Assembly (NCBI GenBank): GCA_951406725.2
Contig: OX597815.1
Span: 33,728,001-33,792,000 of the forward strand
From: Octopus vulgaris
Lineage: Eukaryota
Length of the DNA: 64,000 nt
Direction of reading: 5' to 3'
Positions within the stretch are counted from its first letter, which is position 1. Each line of letters begins with the position of its first letter. This document shows, one piece after another, positions 1 through 13,370 of this stretch. The notes under the pieces were generated by a model. It searched no databases, was not told the origin of the DNA, and saw only the letters and a program-made list of their open reading frames with translations. The translations under genes were made by a program, and so were the position numbers.

Positions 1-923
1 TCATTTTGGCTGGGGTTTTTTTTCATTTTTTAAAGCATGATAACACAAAAAGTGCAATGGTTGACTCACATCAAGCCTTGGGCATGTTGATCTGAACCAA
101 AACACCTTGCTCAGCTCTTGATTTAAAAAATAATAATCTATTCAATTTATTCTCAACATTTGTAACACATTCTTTTCCCTGCCATCCTGTGTGTATGTAG
201 GTGACAAATTATAAGTTTGTTTGTATACATGTTGTGCATGTGAGTGTGTGCTTTTATAGATAAGATTAAGAAAATGATATATAAAAAATAGTCTTGATTT
301 GATAAATGATCCTAGCTACTCCCCATATCACCCCTCCCTCTCTCAAAAAAAATCAGGTTTTAGAATGCTCACTACATATAGTATAGTTTAAAATATATAT
401 TAATAATTTAATATAAATAGTCTTTATTAGCAGGGTAGGTTATGAAACATAATCCCCGATTTAAATATCTGAGTGAATGATGTAGTATGTACAAAAGATA
501 TTCTTGCAGTTAGAATACCCAGGCATTTTTAACAATGCCTTAACTGCATTTCAATAGATGTTATGCTTGTGAATACATTTATACAATTCTGTTTATTATG
601 AAATTCTCTTCCACTCTAAAGCCCTAATGCTTCTGGGACTGGCCTGTTTTTATTTATTTTCCATTCCCACTATTCATCCAAGTGGCTGTGATAGGAAAGG
701 TATATCTCTGTGGCAATATAACTGCAGACTTATTAGAGGGTTGAATAGAATGCCTTGTTGTATTTGTTCCAATTCTCTACACTCTAAGTTCAGATCCTGT
801 CAATATCAACTTTACTTTTTGTCCTTTGGTGATTGATAAAGAAAAATATCAGTCCAGGGTGGTTGATTAGTGGGATTGTTGGAAGGTTTGGTGCAATACT
901 TTGAGGTACCTGCTCCAACTCCT

Positions 924-1074
924 TGTATTCTGGCTAGATTGTCTGCTGTGACCCTGGTACCAAGCTGTTTCAGCCCAGATCAGAGAAGCGTTGATAATAT
1001 AAAGTAAAGCAAGCTTTAGACTCCATCACACCACTGCATGTAATTCTGATGAATTTGGTTTAGTCAAATTCATA
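924..1074. repeat. About 150-bp dispersed duplication, copy 1
   Basis: Nearly identical to 2310-2458 in direct orientation. Confidence 0.9.
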
Positions 1075-2309
1075 AACTACCACTGTTAAGTAGCCATACC
1101 CTTTCACCCACACATGAAATTAGGTAGGAATATAAACCAATCTACAATACAGTAAGTGATTGAAAAAGAGCATGAACAAACTGAAATCGAATTTAATGAT
1201 GACAATGATATTAATTGGCCTTTAGTTCTCTGGAAGGCCTCAACAACAAATTATTTTATTTGAAGATATGTGCAATATATAAATTTATCTAGCATTAAGA
1301 TAAATTTACTTTTATTTCCATTGGTTAATTTCAGATTAAAATTCCCTATCTTAATACTGCTTCAGTATTTCTTTTTGGTAATTTCTTTTTCTTCTGAAAA
1401 CAAAATCTTGTCAAAATACATTTATTTCAATTCTTTAACAATATTGCCTCTTCCCTGCAGAAAGATGATGAAGAAGAGGTTTTTACATTTTAGTCAGAGC
1501 AACCAAAATCCATTTCTTTTGATAGCTATAACCATGCATGTTTGAGACTATGGTACCATGTTTTATAGTAACAGAGGAGCATGGATCTAAGTTTCAAAGT
1601 TCCATTTGGAATAGAACCACCCCAGGATATCATACTTCACCAAATAGATCAAAATTCAACAAGAAACCAATAAACCTTTTGCTAGCTTCGAAGATATTTT
1701 TGTCTAGTAAATGGGTTTTAAGTTTGTGCAGATAGAAATAAGTTGTCTAATTAAGTGTTGTTTGGTTTATTTCATCTTAATCAATATCTACACTCCATGT
1801 ATTGACCACTTTTACAAGTGTCCATCTGCCTTGATTGAACTTTCATCCCTACTAATTATCAACTAACATTGTAATTGGAATATGCTTATGTTGTTGTTGT
1901 TGATGTTGTAATATATATATATATGAGTAAGACAGACCTAATAATTTCATTACAGGATTAATTTTTATCTCTTTTTATTATTTAGAAGGTAATTGAAGGG
2001 TTTCCTGGTTTGAGATTCTAATGAGTTTGTTTGAATGTTGTGGATATTGCTGTTCCTTTGAACAAATCTATATTTGAATGTCCTGTTTATTGTCATGTTT
2101 AGCTGGCTGTATTGTTTGGTATTATATATGTTGTCAAATGTATTGTTACAAAATGTTCAAGTTTCAGCTTCTACCAAATCAGAACTGTTTAATCAACACG
2201 ATAAGATTAAACAGAAATAAACATAGTCACTTGTGTTTTCCTACAAAAATTTGGAAACTTATCAAAGGGAGGTTTTATTTCAAAACTTCCAAGAACTGCT
2301 ATGATAATA

Positions 2310-2458
2310 TGTATTCTGGCTGACTGTCTGCTGTGACCCTGGTACCAAGCTGTTCAGTCCAGATCAGAGAAGCATTGATAATATAAAGTAAAGCAAGCTT
2401 TAGACTCTATCACACCACTGCATGTAATTCTGATGAATTTGGTTTAGTCAAATTCATA
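2310..2458. repeat. About 150-bp dispersed duplication, copy 2
   Basis: Nearly identical to 924-1074. Confidence 0.9.
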
Positions 2459-3819
2459 CTTCTTGTCTTTTTGAAAGACACTGTTATATAAACTATTGTA
2501 TTAAGTAGAGAAGATATCTTCACGTCCTTCAGGATGAAAACTGTTGCCAAATAACTGATGCCTTTTCATAAATCTGCAGTGTTTGCAGTCTGGAAAGGAA
2601 ATCAATTCTTGAATTCTTACTTTCATATTTCATGTATTATAATAGTTTTTTTGTTTTTTTTTCAGCTTCAATGTTTAGTTTGTTTTTACTGAAATATATT
2701 GTGTTTCCTGTTATATTGATATTTATTTCACAGCATTTCCCTTATTTCATATATTTTGGAATAACAACATATATTGACTTGACTTAGATAAATTTTATGT
2801 AAAAACATTTTTAGAATATAGATTTATTCTGCTTTACCAGCTGTAAGACTTTTTGTAGGTGAAAAAAGAAAACAAAGTTCATAACTAAACTAAATTTAGT
2901 TTACTGTGTTTTGGGAATTCTACCAAAAATTCTAGACTTCATAAATTTTCCAAATCTTTTGATTTTCCATAGAGATCTACATACTTAAACACATAGGAGT
3001 TGGCTTGTTATTAACCCAGCTTGTTTTAACTAATTTCTAAGTAGTGTAAAAAAAGAGAAAAGGCTAATCATTTCCTAATCACAACTTCAGTTTCCATAAT
3101 GTAAAGCAAAGACAAGATCTAGATATGTTTTTGGTGTAGTACAGGTTAATTTTCCACAAAAGGAATTCAACTCAGCACTGCAAAAGTAATGAAAACTTGT
3201 CATTTTTATTTAGCTACTTTAACAACCATAGTAGCTGTAGAGTTAATGACGTCTTATGCAGTGCCTCACTTGATTGTCTAGTGCTCTATCTTCTTGGACA
3301 TATACAGATCTCTATATGTAGACTTTAAGACTGATTTAGTAACCATGAATTAAAAGAAAAGTAAATAACTCCATTCATTGTTAAAAAGCAATGACTTGCT
3401 CAATCATGCATAGTAAAAACAGATTTACTTTCGATAATATCTTGGTATCCATTGATATCAATAAACTATGACTAATATACGAAGTATCTTCAACTCATGC
3501 TACTTTATAATTTATTAACCAATTTGGGTTTGTATCTTTCAAGTAGTATTTTTGAAGTCACAAAGCTTCTTTGTTCCTAATGAAAAATAATCTTATTACA
3601 AATGTAATTTTTCATTAACTTCTCTCCAAAGAATAATAATATTTTACATCTTTAATCTATTTTATAAGAGAAAAGTGAACGAAAATTAACTGTGAAATTT
3701 ATTTCCCCATGATAATTTTTAGTAACTTTAATCAATGTCTACAATGCTTTTTTTCTGATTACTGTTCTCCTTTTGAATTACAACAAATTGCAAAGTTTTT
3801 ATTCTACTCTTTTCCGCAG

Positions 3820-3943
3820 AGCGCCATGATGCTATATTTGTGGTTGGTAGTCTTGATGAAACAATTATGTTGCGTGGTATGCGCTATCATCCAATTGATA
3901 TAGAGAATTCTGTCCTTCGCTGTCATCGTAAGATATGTGAATG
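3820..3943 (+). CDS. DIP2: DIP2 penultimate coding exon
   Basis: tttccgcAG acceptor and GTATGT donor. Reads (E)RHDAIFVVGSLDETIMLRGMRYHPIDIENSVLRCHRKICE(C), matching the DIP2 C-terminal AMP-binding-like domain. Phase joins the next exon (TG+T=Cys). Confidence 0.95.
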
Positions 3944-4402
3944 GTATGTATCTAACATCTATTCTGTTGCCATTTATCTAAGTGTGACACCATAAAAAAA
4001 AAAAATAAATGTAATGCCAATAAATTGAAAAACAACTGTTAGTATTATTTGTTAAGTGAACAATTATCATGAGTCCACGGTGATTGTTCTTAAAATAAAT
4101 GCTCAGTCTGAAGTCTAATAAATATGTAAACTACAGTTTACCCCTTTGCTGTGCTTACATAAATTCAGTCATCATCATCATAAGGAATAAGTTTTTCTAA
4201 GTTCTACCTGTAATACAGAGGCCAGCCTTGTCACATTCTGTGGAGTGCTCCGCTTGCACATTAATTTCATGAGCAGGTTGATCAGATCAACTGGAACCCT
4301 CATCATTATAACCAACAGAGAGCCAGAAAATAAACTGAGATATCTGACTGTGCTTCAGTATTTGAATTCATTCGCACTGAAGTATATTTTCTGGCATTTT
4401 AA

Positions 4403-5473
4403 CCCTTTCGTTACCAAACCGCCCAAAGCCGCCCGAAAAAAATTTTGGTTAATGTGACCAAACCGCCCGAATTTACCTATTCATATTTAAATGAGAATAT
4501 CAGAGCAAATCTCTTTAGTACATTTGTGAAAACACGTATTATACTTCGTAAACAGTTCAACTACAGTTTTGTACAATAATCGAAGTGTAATTTTAATTCC
4601 GTGAATTTTGAGATTTTTTTCCGAAATTTGTTCCTATTGTGTTTTCAAAATTTGTAATTCTGACAAAAAATGGATACGAATTTCATTATATCAAGCAGCG
4701 AGTCAGAATTCGAAGGATTTTCTACTGAAGACCTTCATAAATCTAACTCTATGACTGAAAAAAAAAAGCACATGGTATTTGATAATGAATCTGATGTTTC
4801 ATTTTCCGAAAGTGAAAACAGTGAATTCGAGAGCTCCGACAGCGATAAAGAAAACGAATTGGCACTTGAATGGAGTGAAAATTTAAAAACTTTTTCTTTC
4901 AGTGATTTTTCTGAAGAAACTGGACCAAGCCACAGACTTTCCCAGAGGAGTAAAGCCTTAGACTATTTCTTTTTACTTTTTCGAATGAGCCTATTTGAAA
5001 TCATTATGGCGAAAACGAACCGTTACGCTAAACATAAACAAAGCGAAAGAAACGATAGTTTGTGGTTTCCCATAACCTTAAATGAAATTAAGACTATTTT
5101 GCCGTAAATATTATTATGGGTATCAGAAAGTTACCCAGAATAACAAATTCTATCGTAAAATTTTGTTGTATACCCAATTGAATATTAGCTAATAACCCAT
5201 TTTCTATAGCGATGTTTGAACAAAATTTTAATTTTATATTTTGTTGAATTTACCTGTATCTACCTGCAATTAGAGTCACTTTGTGACAAAAATTATAGTA
5301 TAGAATTGGTTGAGAATATTTCATTAAATTATCTTCCAAAAATCAGATTAATATATTGATAAATAAAAAAGTTATAGTTGTTTAATGAAACCAGACTAAA
5401 TTTATGATTACGTTTGAAATTAATTGAAACACATAAGGGGTGTATTTTGGTCAGAAATATAGTAACGAAAGGG
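4403..5473 (+). mobile_element. Internally deleted piggyBac element
   Basis: TTAA TSDs at 4399-4402 and 5474-5477; 12-bp TIR CCCTTTCGTTAC. ORF 4670-5107 is an acidic N-terminus plus ALDYFFLLF...TNRYA, continuing after a frameshift as YFAVNIIMGIRKLPRI (piggyBac transposase N-terminal part). Confidence 0.9.
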
Positions 5474-7697
5474 TTAAAATTGTACTCAAATAAGCTAAAT
5501 TTATTTCAAACTTTATTTTGTAATAACCATTTATTTTTTTCTGAGTTGTGTATCTGGGTATGGTTGATAACAAAATAAAATGAAAATAGCATTGGAAGAT
5601 ATCAAGGAAAGAAGTGTTGAGCAAAATTAATGAAATGTATTATAATCAAGTGATAAATAGTGTACCTGTGTCTAAGAAACTATGCAACTAATAGACAAAT
5701 ATTCCATCAGAAACAGATATGCCTGATATGCCATACTGCTAAGTACTCCTCCTCTTCCTACTGTTCCATCCTTATTACAATGGGTGCAGTTCAATACCAA
5801 TCCCTCTTTTATTTTGATACCCAAGGTCTTACGTTAGATATTTTCTCATTCTTCTGGGATTCTATTAATGGCAACACTTACCCACTTCCAAAAAAATTAC
5901 TTTTCTGTTCCTTTCAGTTATTGGGCTGTAATTTTTATCTGAAGGTGATGGAGATAATCAAGAGCAATTACTTGGTTATTTCGTCCTTTTCTGATCACCA
6001 ACATAATCTCAACAGGGCTAGTTCAACTGCAAACCTTTTATTCTATATCAACCATTTGTGAGATCCTATTTTTTCTGTAAAACTTTGAAGGAGTCGTTTT
6101 TGGCATCAACAAGACTTTTTAATCCTTATCTGGCATGAAAAATTAGAGAATCCACTCGTTTATTTCCACCACTTAGTGTTAGTTACCTAAATCAGCTGAA
6201 TCTGAAGTTTCTATTCAAGTTATTGTTGCATGTCTTCAGCTCTCTTTCAGAAGTATCCTAGGGTTTGGTTGTTTTCCTTTCAAATTTCCTTCTCTACAAC
6301 ATTGTGACAGTGACATTGCCAACTTTCCTTACTTTCACACATAACGACCGCAACATTTCCTACCTAGCATGCTCACCTTTCATGAATAGAGACCTTTGGG
6401 AAGCCTACATTCAAATCTTATTCAGCAACACTAAACAGACACTACATCTGTTTAGTAACGCACACACACATCACTACAGCAGCCTGCTTATTTAGGAGCA
6501 ATACCTAACTGATGCAGTCTGTATATCTATTGATTACAACGATGTCAGATAACCATCTATAGTAACCACTCATATTTTGCATTATCAGTCTTTATTACTA
6601 GAAAGGGCTTTCTTTTCAGATTCCATAAATACTAAAGCCATGACCATTTGCTAAATTTGTGGAATGCTCATATACATTGTATGCTTGAGTATACTGTGAT
6701 ATTTAGAATAGTGAATTCATATATTCTAGACTTTATTCCAAAAGTGAACTTTCTATATAAAAGTCAAGCTTTAATCACTAGCAACCCTGCTATCTGTCTC
6801 TATTGTGATTCGCACTAAACATTAACTGCATTTTAACATCATATGTTTACTCAGATCTGTCAAGGAGAGTCTGAAAGTTTATGAATATCACTATTTTTCT
6901 TCCTTTAATCTAGAAACAGATTATCGATAATCTGTGAATATTTGTTTTAGCATGGTACATTTCTGAGGAAACCCCTCTGTTTATTTACATATAAGTTCAT
7001 AGATTTTGTTTCTGATAAATAACTGGAAGTGAGCGTACAGCTGATCAAATCAATCAAATGCCAACCTATTGAATGTGTCTTGGTCAATGATTCTATCAAA
7101 CTTGTTCTAAATAGGAATCATACAAGGGTACAACTTAATGCAAGAATTAATAGAAAAATATTTCATTGACATGCACTGTTGAGTTCAAATTCTCCATTGA
7201 ATAAAACAATGCTACAGACCTTAGCAAGTGATTATGGAACATCTGTTGAAAGATCTATGACTATGTGTTTGTCATATACTTTCATGAATTGTGCAATAAT
7301 GCTATTTTAGAATGGGAACTGCTATAGACCAAAATGATCTTATGATCTTCATGTCTTAATATACTGCTTCATAGCAGTAGTTATGATGCTGATCCCTTTT
7401 AACTAGGCATGTCATTTTTGTAAAGGAGGTGTGTATAGTTGACTAGACCAGTCTCCCTTTTTAAAATGGTTGTTATTTTATCAACATTTTAAGAAATGAA
7501 ATGAAAGCAAGAGATAATTCCAACGGGCATTAAAATGATTGGTAAGTTCATGAATTAGAAAGTCTTAATGATGGTACAATCCATGCAAGCATGGACAATG
7601 GATGTTAAATGATGATTAATGTTGATATGTATTTTATTAGAACAATATAGTTTGCATAAAGCATTGTCTGATATATGTAAATGCTTTTAATTCTTTT

Positions 7698-7733
<36 letters not shown>

Positions 7734-7967
7734 CTCTCTAAACCATATAAATTATGAATAATATAATATTTCCCATAGAAAATCTGTCCAAACCCAGAAC
7801 TTTTTAAATACAAGCTAAAAGTACAAAGCATCATCAACCTGTATTATTTTTTATAATTTGCATTGTTTTGGCTTTATATAAAAAAAAAAATGAAAAACAT
7901 TTATATATATATGTATGTATATGTATTGTTTACCTCTAAAGCTATTTTCTTCCTTTGTTTTTTACAG

Positions 7968-8220
7968 TGCTGTGTTTACCTGGACCAATTTACTGGTCGT
8001 TGTTGTTGAACTGGATGGAAACGAAAATGAGGCTCTTGATTTGGTTCCCTTGGTAACCAATGTTGTACTAGAAGAGCACTATTTGATAGTCGGTGTTGTT
8101 GTAGTTGTTGATCCAGGAGTCATTCCTATCAACTCTCGTGGTGAAAAACAACGTATGCACCTCCGAGATGGCTTCCTCGCTGACCAGTTGGATCCAATCT
8201 ATGTTGCCTACAATATGTAA
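7968..8220 (+). CDS. DIP2: DIP2 terminal coding exon
   Basis: Pyrimidine tract plus tttacAG. Reads AVFTWTNLLVVVVELDGNENEALDLVPLVTNVVLEEHYLIVGVVVVVDPGVIPINSRGEKQRMHLRDGFLADQLDPIYVAYNM*, the characteristic DIP2 C-terminus. Confidence 0.97.
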
Positions 8221-8261
8221 CAAGCTGAACAGTGGCAATGGACATACAACTGTTTGCTTAG

Positions 8262-8293
8262 TATACATACACACATGCGCATGTGTGTGTGTG

Positions 8294-8333
<40 letters not shown>

Positions 8334-8533
8334 TGTGTGCATATGTATAGGTTGTATGTGTTTGTATATACATATATATGCACATATATATATATATACA
8401 TATATATATGTATATATATATACATTTATATATTTAAGCATACATGTATATACATATATATATATTACACACATATATACATAAACACATACAAACACAC
8501 ATATATATATATATATACATACATATATATATA
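8262..8533. repeat. Compound (TA)n/(CA)n/(TG)n microsatellite
   Basis: Seen directly, immediately after the DIP2 stop codon. Confidence 0.95.
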
Positions 8534-8707
8534 TTGACCATTCACCCTAGTGTTTCTCCTCTCTACAACTTCTCTTGTGCCATTGGCAGACAGAGACAGT
8601 GAGAAAAGTGAAAGAGAGAGAGAGAGAGAGGGGGGAGAGAGAGAATCATGAAAAGAGACCATAACTATTAAGTATTAAAATTTAAAATCTTTTTTAAAAA
8701 AAAGTAT

Positions 8708-8738
<31 letters not shown>

Positions 8739-8958
8739 ATAATCCGAACAAAATATTTAAAAAAAAAAAAAAAAAAGAATAAAATACAAAGACAACGATG
8801 TTGAATGCTGTAACGACTGAAATTCTTGAACAGAAGTATAACTTTTCCATCGCAACATCAAGTATTGATCAAAATTTTGGTGAGAAAGAGTGAAAAGAAA
8901 CACACATTCATATACATATATACATTGACATACATATGCATTTGCACACACACAAACA

Positions 8959-8997
<39 letters not shown>

Positions 8998-9812
8998 TAT
9001 ATTATCATTTGCTCTTATTATTAGTACATTATCATTTAAAAGTGCTCTATACTTGTTTTCATTTGAACTTATGCATTAGTGTGTGTGTGTCTATCTGTCT
9101 AACAATCTGAAAGGCTGCATTGGCACTAGGTTTATCACTGTTTATGCCTTCTCCAATTAGCTGAAGTACACATTAACTAGTATGACTATCTCGATGTACC
9201 AACAACTTGCCTAATCATCACACACACACACACACACAGAGTCACCAACATGGGTGCAGCAGTTGCTCCATTGATGGATTAATGAATGTATCTTGTGTAT
9301 GAACTTGCTAGAAATGAGCACCATAGCTATATTTCTTACACACACACACACACGCACATATGCATACACACACAGAGAGAAGACCATATACTGCCGCTAC
9401 TACTACTATTATTACCACTATTACTGCTGCTACTACTACTAAAGTTAAACAGAGCTGATAACATCTCATTGTATGTATCTCTTTAAAATTTAATATATCT
9501 ATGTACATCTACACACTTGATGTATACGTATGTACCCTAAACACCAGATGTAAATGTATCTACACAGCAGCTGTGCATCTAGAGACCAGATGTACATCTG
9601 TTTACACACTGTCACTTGATGGCTGTCACTTAGTAACACTGACAACATTGAAAGATCAACAAAATAATAAATGAAAAACATTAAAGTAAAAAAAAAGAAT
9701 AAAAAAGAACAACAGGAGTGATTTGTAGGGAGTTTTTTAAGTGTATGAGGGGTGGGATATGTGTTTATTTGCCTCTTTTATTGTTTTTGTTTTGTGTGGG
9801 GATGTTTATCAG

Positions 9813-9844
<32 letters not shown>

Positions 9845-10987
9845 AATTGTCTCTCCCTATATTTCTTCCTATTAACATGTCGGATTTTGTTGTGATGGGC
9901 ACTTTATACAGTAAGAAGCCTGCTATTGTCGAGTTGAATTGAGATTGTGACATGGATTCAATTCCTGATTTGAAGCCATTTCGCTTCACATACACACACA
10001 CACATAGGCTAATGTTCTTGGAAAAGGCATGACTGTCATAACTCCCTTCCCACACTTCCCAAAGTTATAGGGCCTTTGCGCCTAATGAAACAAAACCATT
10101 ATGTTGGATTTTGTTTTGTTAATTCCTCTGTTTTTCTTTTATATATATATTTATATATATACATACATATATATATATATATATAATCAATAAACTATTT
10201 GAAAAATGTTTGATAGTATTATATATGATATATAATATGGTGTGGTGTGGATCAGAAGGGGTGGGACTTCTTTAATTTGTTTCTTTTTGTTTTGTATTGT
10301 ATTATTTTTTTTGTTGTTGTTTCATTTTTAATTTAAATGTTAGGAAACTAATTTAATAATGTTTATTTTTCATTAATTTTTGTTTTAATTTTTTTTCTCC
10401 TTCCTAATAAATCTGTTGTTATAATAACTAACCATCTTGGCAAATGCCTTCCTTGTTTTTCTGTGCTTTCTTTTCACCTTTGTGTATCTGTTCTATTTCC
10501 CCATATTCACACACACACACACACTTTACATTTTATTTGACCTAACCTGACCAATATATATACACACAAGTATACATGCACCTACATGGACACATATAAG
10601 CATGTATACATGTAGCCTAATATCTGTTTCTCTGCTATCCTTGACCTTTCTTTTACTGCTGTCTTCTGTAAGTCAAACACATTTGAACAAGTTGCAATTA
10701 ACCAAAATTGTTCAGTTGCTCACTTTAACCTCTGACTCCCCCCACAACACATATACACATGATTGTGTAGATTCTGATAGCATTAATGACTGCTGTAGTT
10801 CATTAATCCATGTCAAATCTCTACTACTGATGTTAATGCTGCTCCTTGTTGGTCATTCCAAACTGCTTTTTATTGCATGCATGTGTGAGTGCTTATATCT
10901 ATGAGTATGATATGTATGTGTACTTCATTTTGTCAGTTTATACATTCTTTTATATTCCAACTATTTCCCTCAGATCTCTCTTTGTCT

Positions 10988-11027
<40 letters not shown>

Positions 11028-13095
11028 AAACACACCTGCTCATTACACATGGAAAGTTGCAAGGGTTTGACTTGATATAATCATAATCTTCAAATTAAGA
11101 AAAAAGATTACACACATACAGTTACACTCTTACACAATCAAATTGTTTAACCTTAAATGTGCAGTGTATAATATATTCATGTTTGTAAATCTCACCTTCA
11201 TTTTCTGAGTTTTTTTTAGTCAACCCATGTCATTCCAATGTTGTACTTATGTAGACATGTACCCTGTAAGCTGATTTTATATGTAACTTCTGTCAACTTG
11301 ATGAATATACACAACTGTTGTGTTTTAAACAGCAGCTTTATTCATCTATTTACTAATCACTGGATTTTTTTTAACTGCTTCAAAACCTTACAGGTTATCT
11401 TAAACTTGGCATTATGATAATATAAAGTAAAAAGTCCTTAATTATGCTAACAATCCCTGATCTTTTAGTTGGAGAGCTCTACCTAAAATAGTGGTTAGCT
11501 ATTGCTGAATAATGAACTCATTTTATGTGCTAGGCCATGCCTCTACCTGAATATGTGTTGTCTAGTTCATATTGGCATTAAAAAATAAATTGACATGCAA
11601 AAAGTTATAATCACACATCTACAGAAAACAGCTGCCATAGATATCTATCTCATCTCCCCATGATATATAAATTAGTCCATATTTGTGAACTATCACCTAA
11701 ATCACTTGAGAAGAAGAAGAAATGCTATAAACCAGTTTCTTCTTCAAGAGGAATAGGTGTTTGCAGTCTTCTTGGTCTACTTTGTTTTGATAATTAGTTA
11801 TTTTTTATTCTTTGAAAATCATGTAATCACTCTTCAAATGTGCAAGGAATAATCACTGACCAACATCAGTTCTTTCTCTTGCTAACACTTGATAGTCCAT
11901 ATTAATTTTCGCTATCTTATTCTTAGTTTAGGAGCCAATTATCTATTTGCTATTTTTTTAACCTTTTTATTGTTGCTGTTATTTTTTAAAAATATAAATA
12001 GCATCATTATCTCAAGCCTCTAGTTCTTAAAAGCTTCACTTCTATCCCTCCATTATTCTGGGCCACTTGTTTTCCTTTTATATTTTAAATGGTACAGTCT
12101 AAGCTCTGAGTGTTGGCAATTTGAGAAGTTATTTCAGACTGTATGCATAACAGGTCTTTTTTTTCATTTGAGTTGTAATCTAGAATTGAAAATAAAATAT
12201 ATTTTAAACAAATTATAGATGCAGACATAAAGCACAGGTGAATTGGAATCAAAAGTAATTTGATATTTTGATATTCTTTCAACAAGTCCTTTGTGTAAGC
12301 ATCCACCCCTAGTTTAAAATACATAAATGCATGTGTTGTATTTTATGTTATATTATGTTTTGTAAATGTTTATTTGATAGGAGGGATGGTGTTGACTCTT
12401 TTAATGCTTACTCCTTCATCATTTAATCACAACTTGATCAAGCCCTTTTACCCATTTCATCATCTTTAAATAAATTTTAGTAAATCTCTGTTGCATTCCT
12501 TTTTAATGATTCTGTCCATTATTTTCAAAGAGAGCTGATTTTAATTGTAGTTATTGTGAAATGGTTTGAATATGATTTTTACTTCTTTGTTTATTCATAT
12601 CTTCTCAACTCTATTTTTTTGTTTATTTTCTCTCACCTTCATCTCTCTGTCTCTCTTTCTGATTTTGTAACTACCCTACACCATGAATGGTGATTCAAAT
12701 TATTCATAAAAGAAGCTCAAACCACTGTATTTCCTCCTGTAATATGAACTGACATTTATTTTGTTCATTTCTTTACGTGGAACTTAGTGTTTGCTTTTAT
12801 CAGCCCAATACAGATTTTTAGTATTTCATTCTAACTACTGTCACTATCTTCAGCCATTCCCTATGAAAAAAACTTCTAAAGGTCATGTGAAGTGCATATA
12901 TATAATATCTTTGTTCAGTTGTAGCAATTTCACACATTTTTTCTCTATATTCTGATGTGGGCCTCATTAGAAAAATGGGAAGGATGTTGGTGATGATTGT
13001 TGTGGCACTAATGATGATGGGTTATGTTTTATGAGTTTCCATGTAAAAAGTTCCATTGAGTTGTTCTTATATTTGTGAATTCTGTATATGTAGAC

Positions 13096-13370
13096 CAGTA
13101 GTTCTCAAATGGTGTGCCACAGATTTTTAACAATATAATTTAGGGCTTTAGAAAATTTGTACAACTGCTTAAGCTTCTTGAAAAACATGTTACTCATAAT
13201 TTTGTTAAACATAAATATGATTAATAAAATGAGGTAAACAATAGTTTTCTACATTATTTTCTAGATTTTTCAAATATAAAACTGATTTCTTTTAACTATC
13301 CATGAGGTGTACCAGTATACTTCTGTCCATCTCCAGTGCACCTCAAAATCAAAAAGACTGAGCACCACTA
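13096..13370. mobile_element. Degenerate hAT/Charlie-like MITE
   Basis: Ends CAGTAGTTCTCAA ... CTGAGCACCACTA resemble the Charlie TIR. No clear TSD. Confidence 0.35.

Noticed and set aside
1046-1095. Hammerhead ribozyme (CTGATGA plus stem)
   Set aside because: The required GAAA core and NUH cleavage triplet are missing in both copies.
1461-1493. Possible alternative DIP2 exon (KDDEEEVFTF*)
   Set aside because: In the phase required by the 3820 exon it hits a stop immediately, and it has no DIP2 similarity.
6290-6555. Penelope-like RT motif (DIANFPY) and degenerate hammerhead
   Set aside because: Too short and degenerate; core nucleotides and stem I do not match.
8068-8662. YI/CV-rich ORFs (also 54982-55649)
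   Set aside because: Products of stop-free dinucleotide microsatellites.
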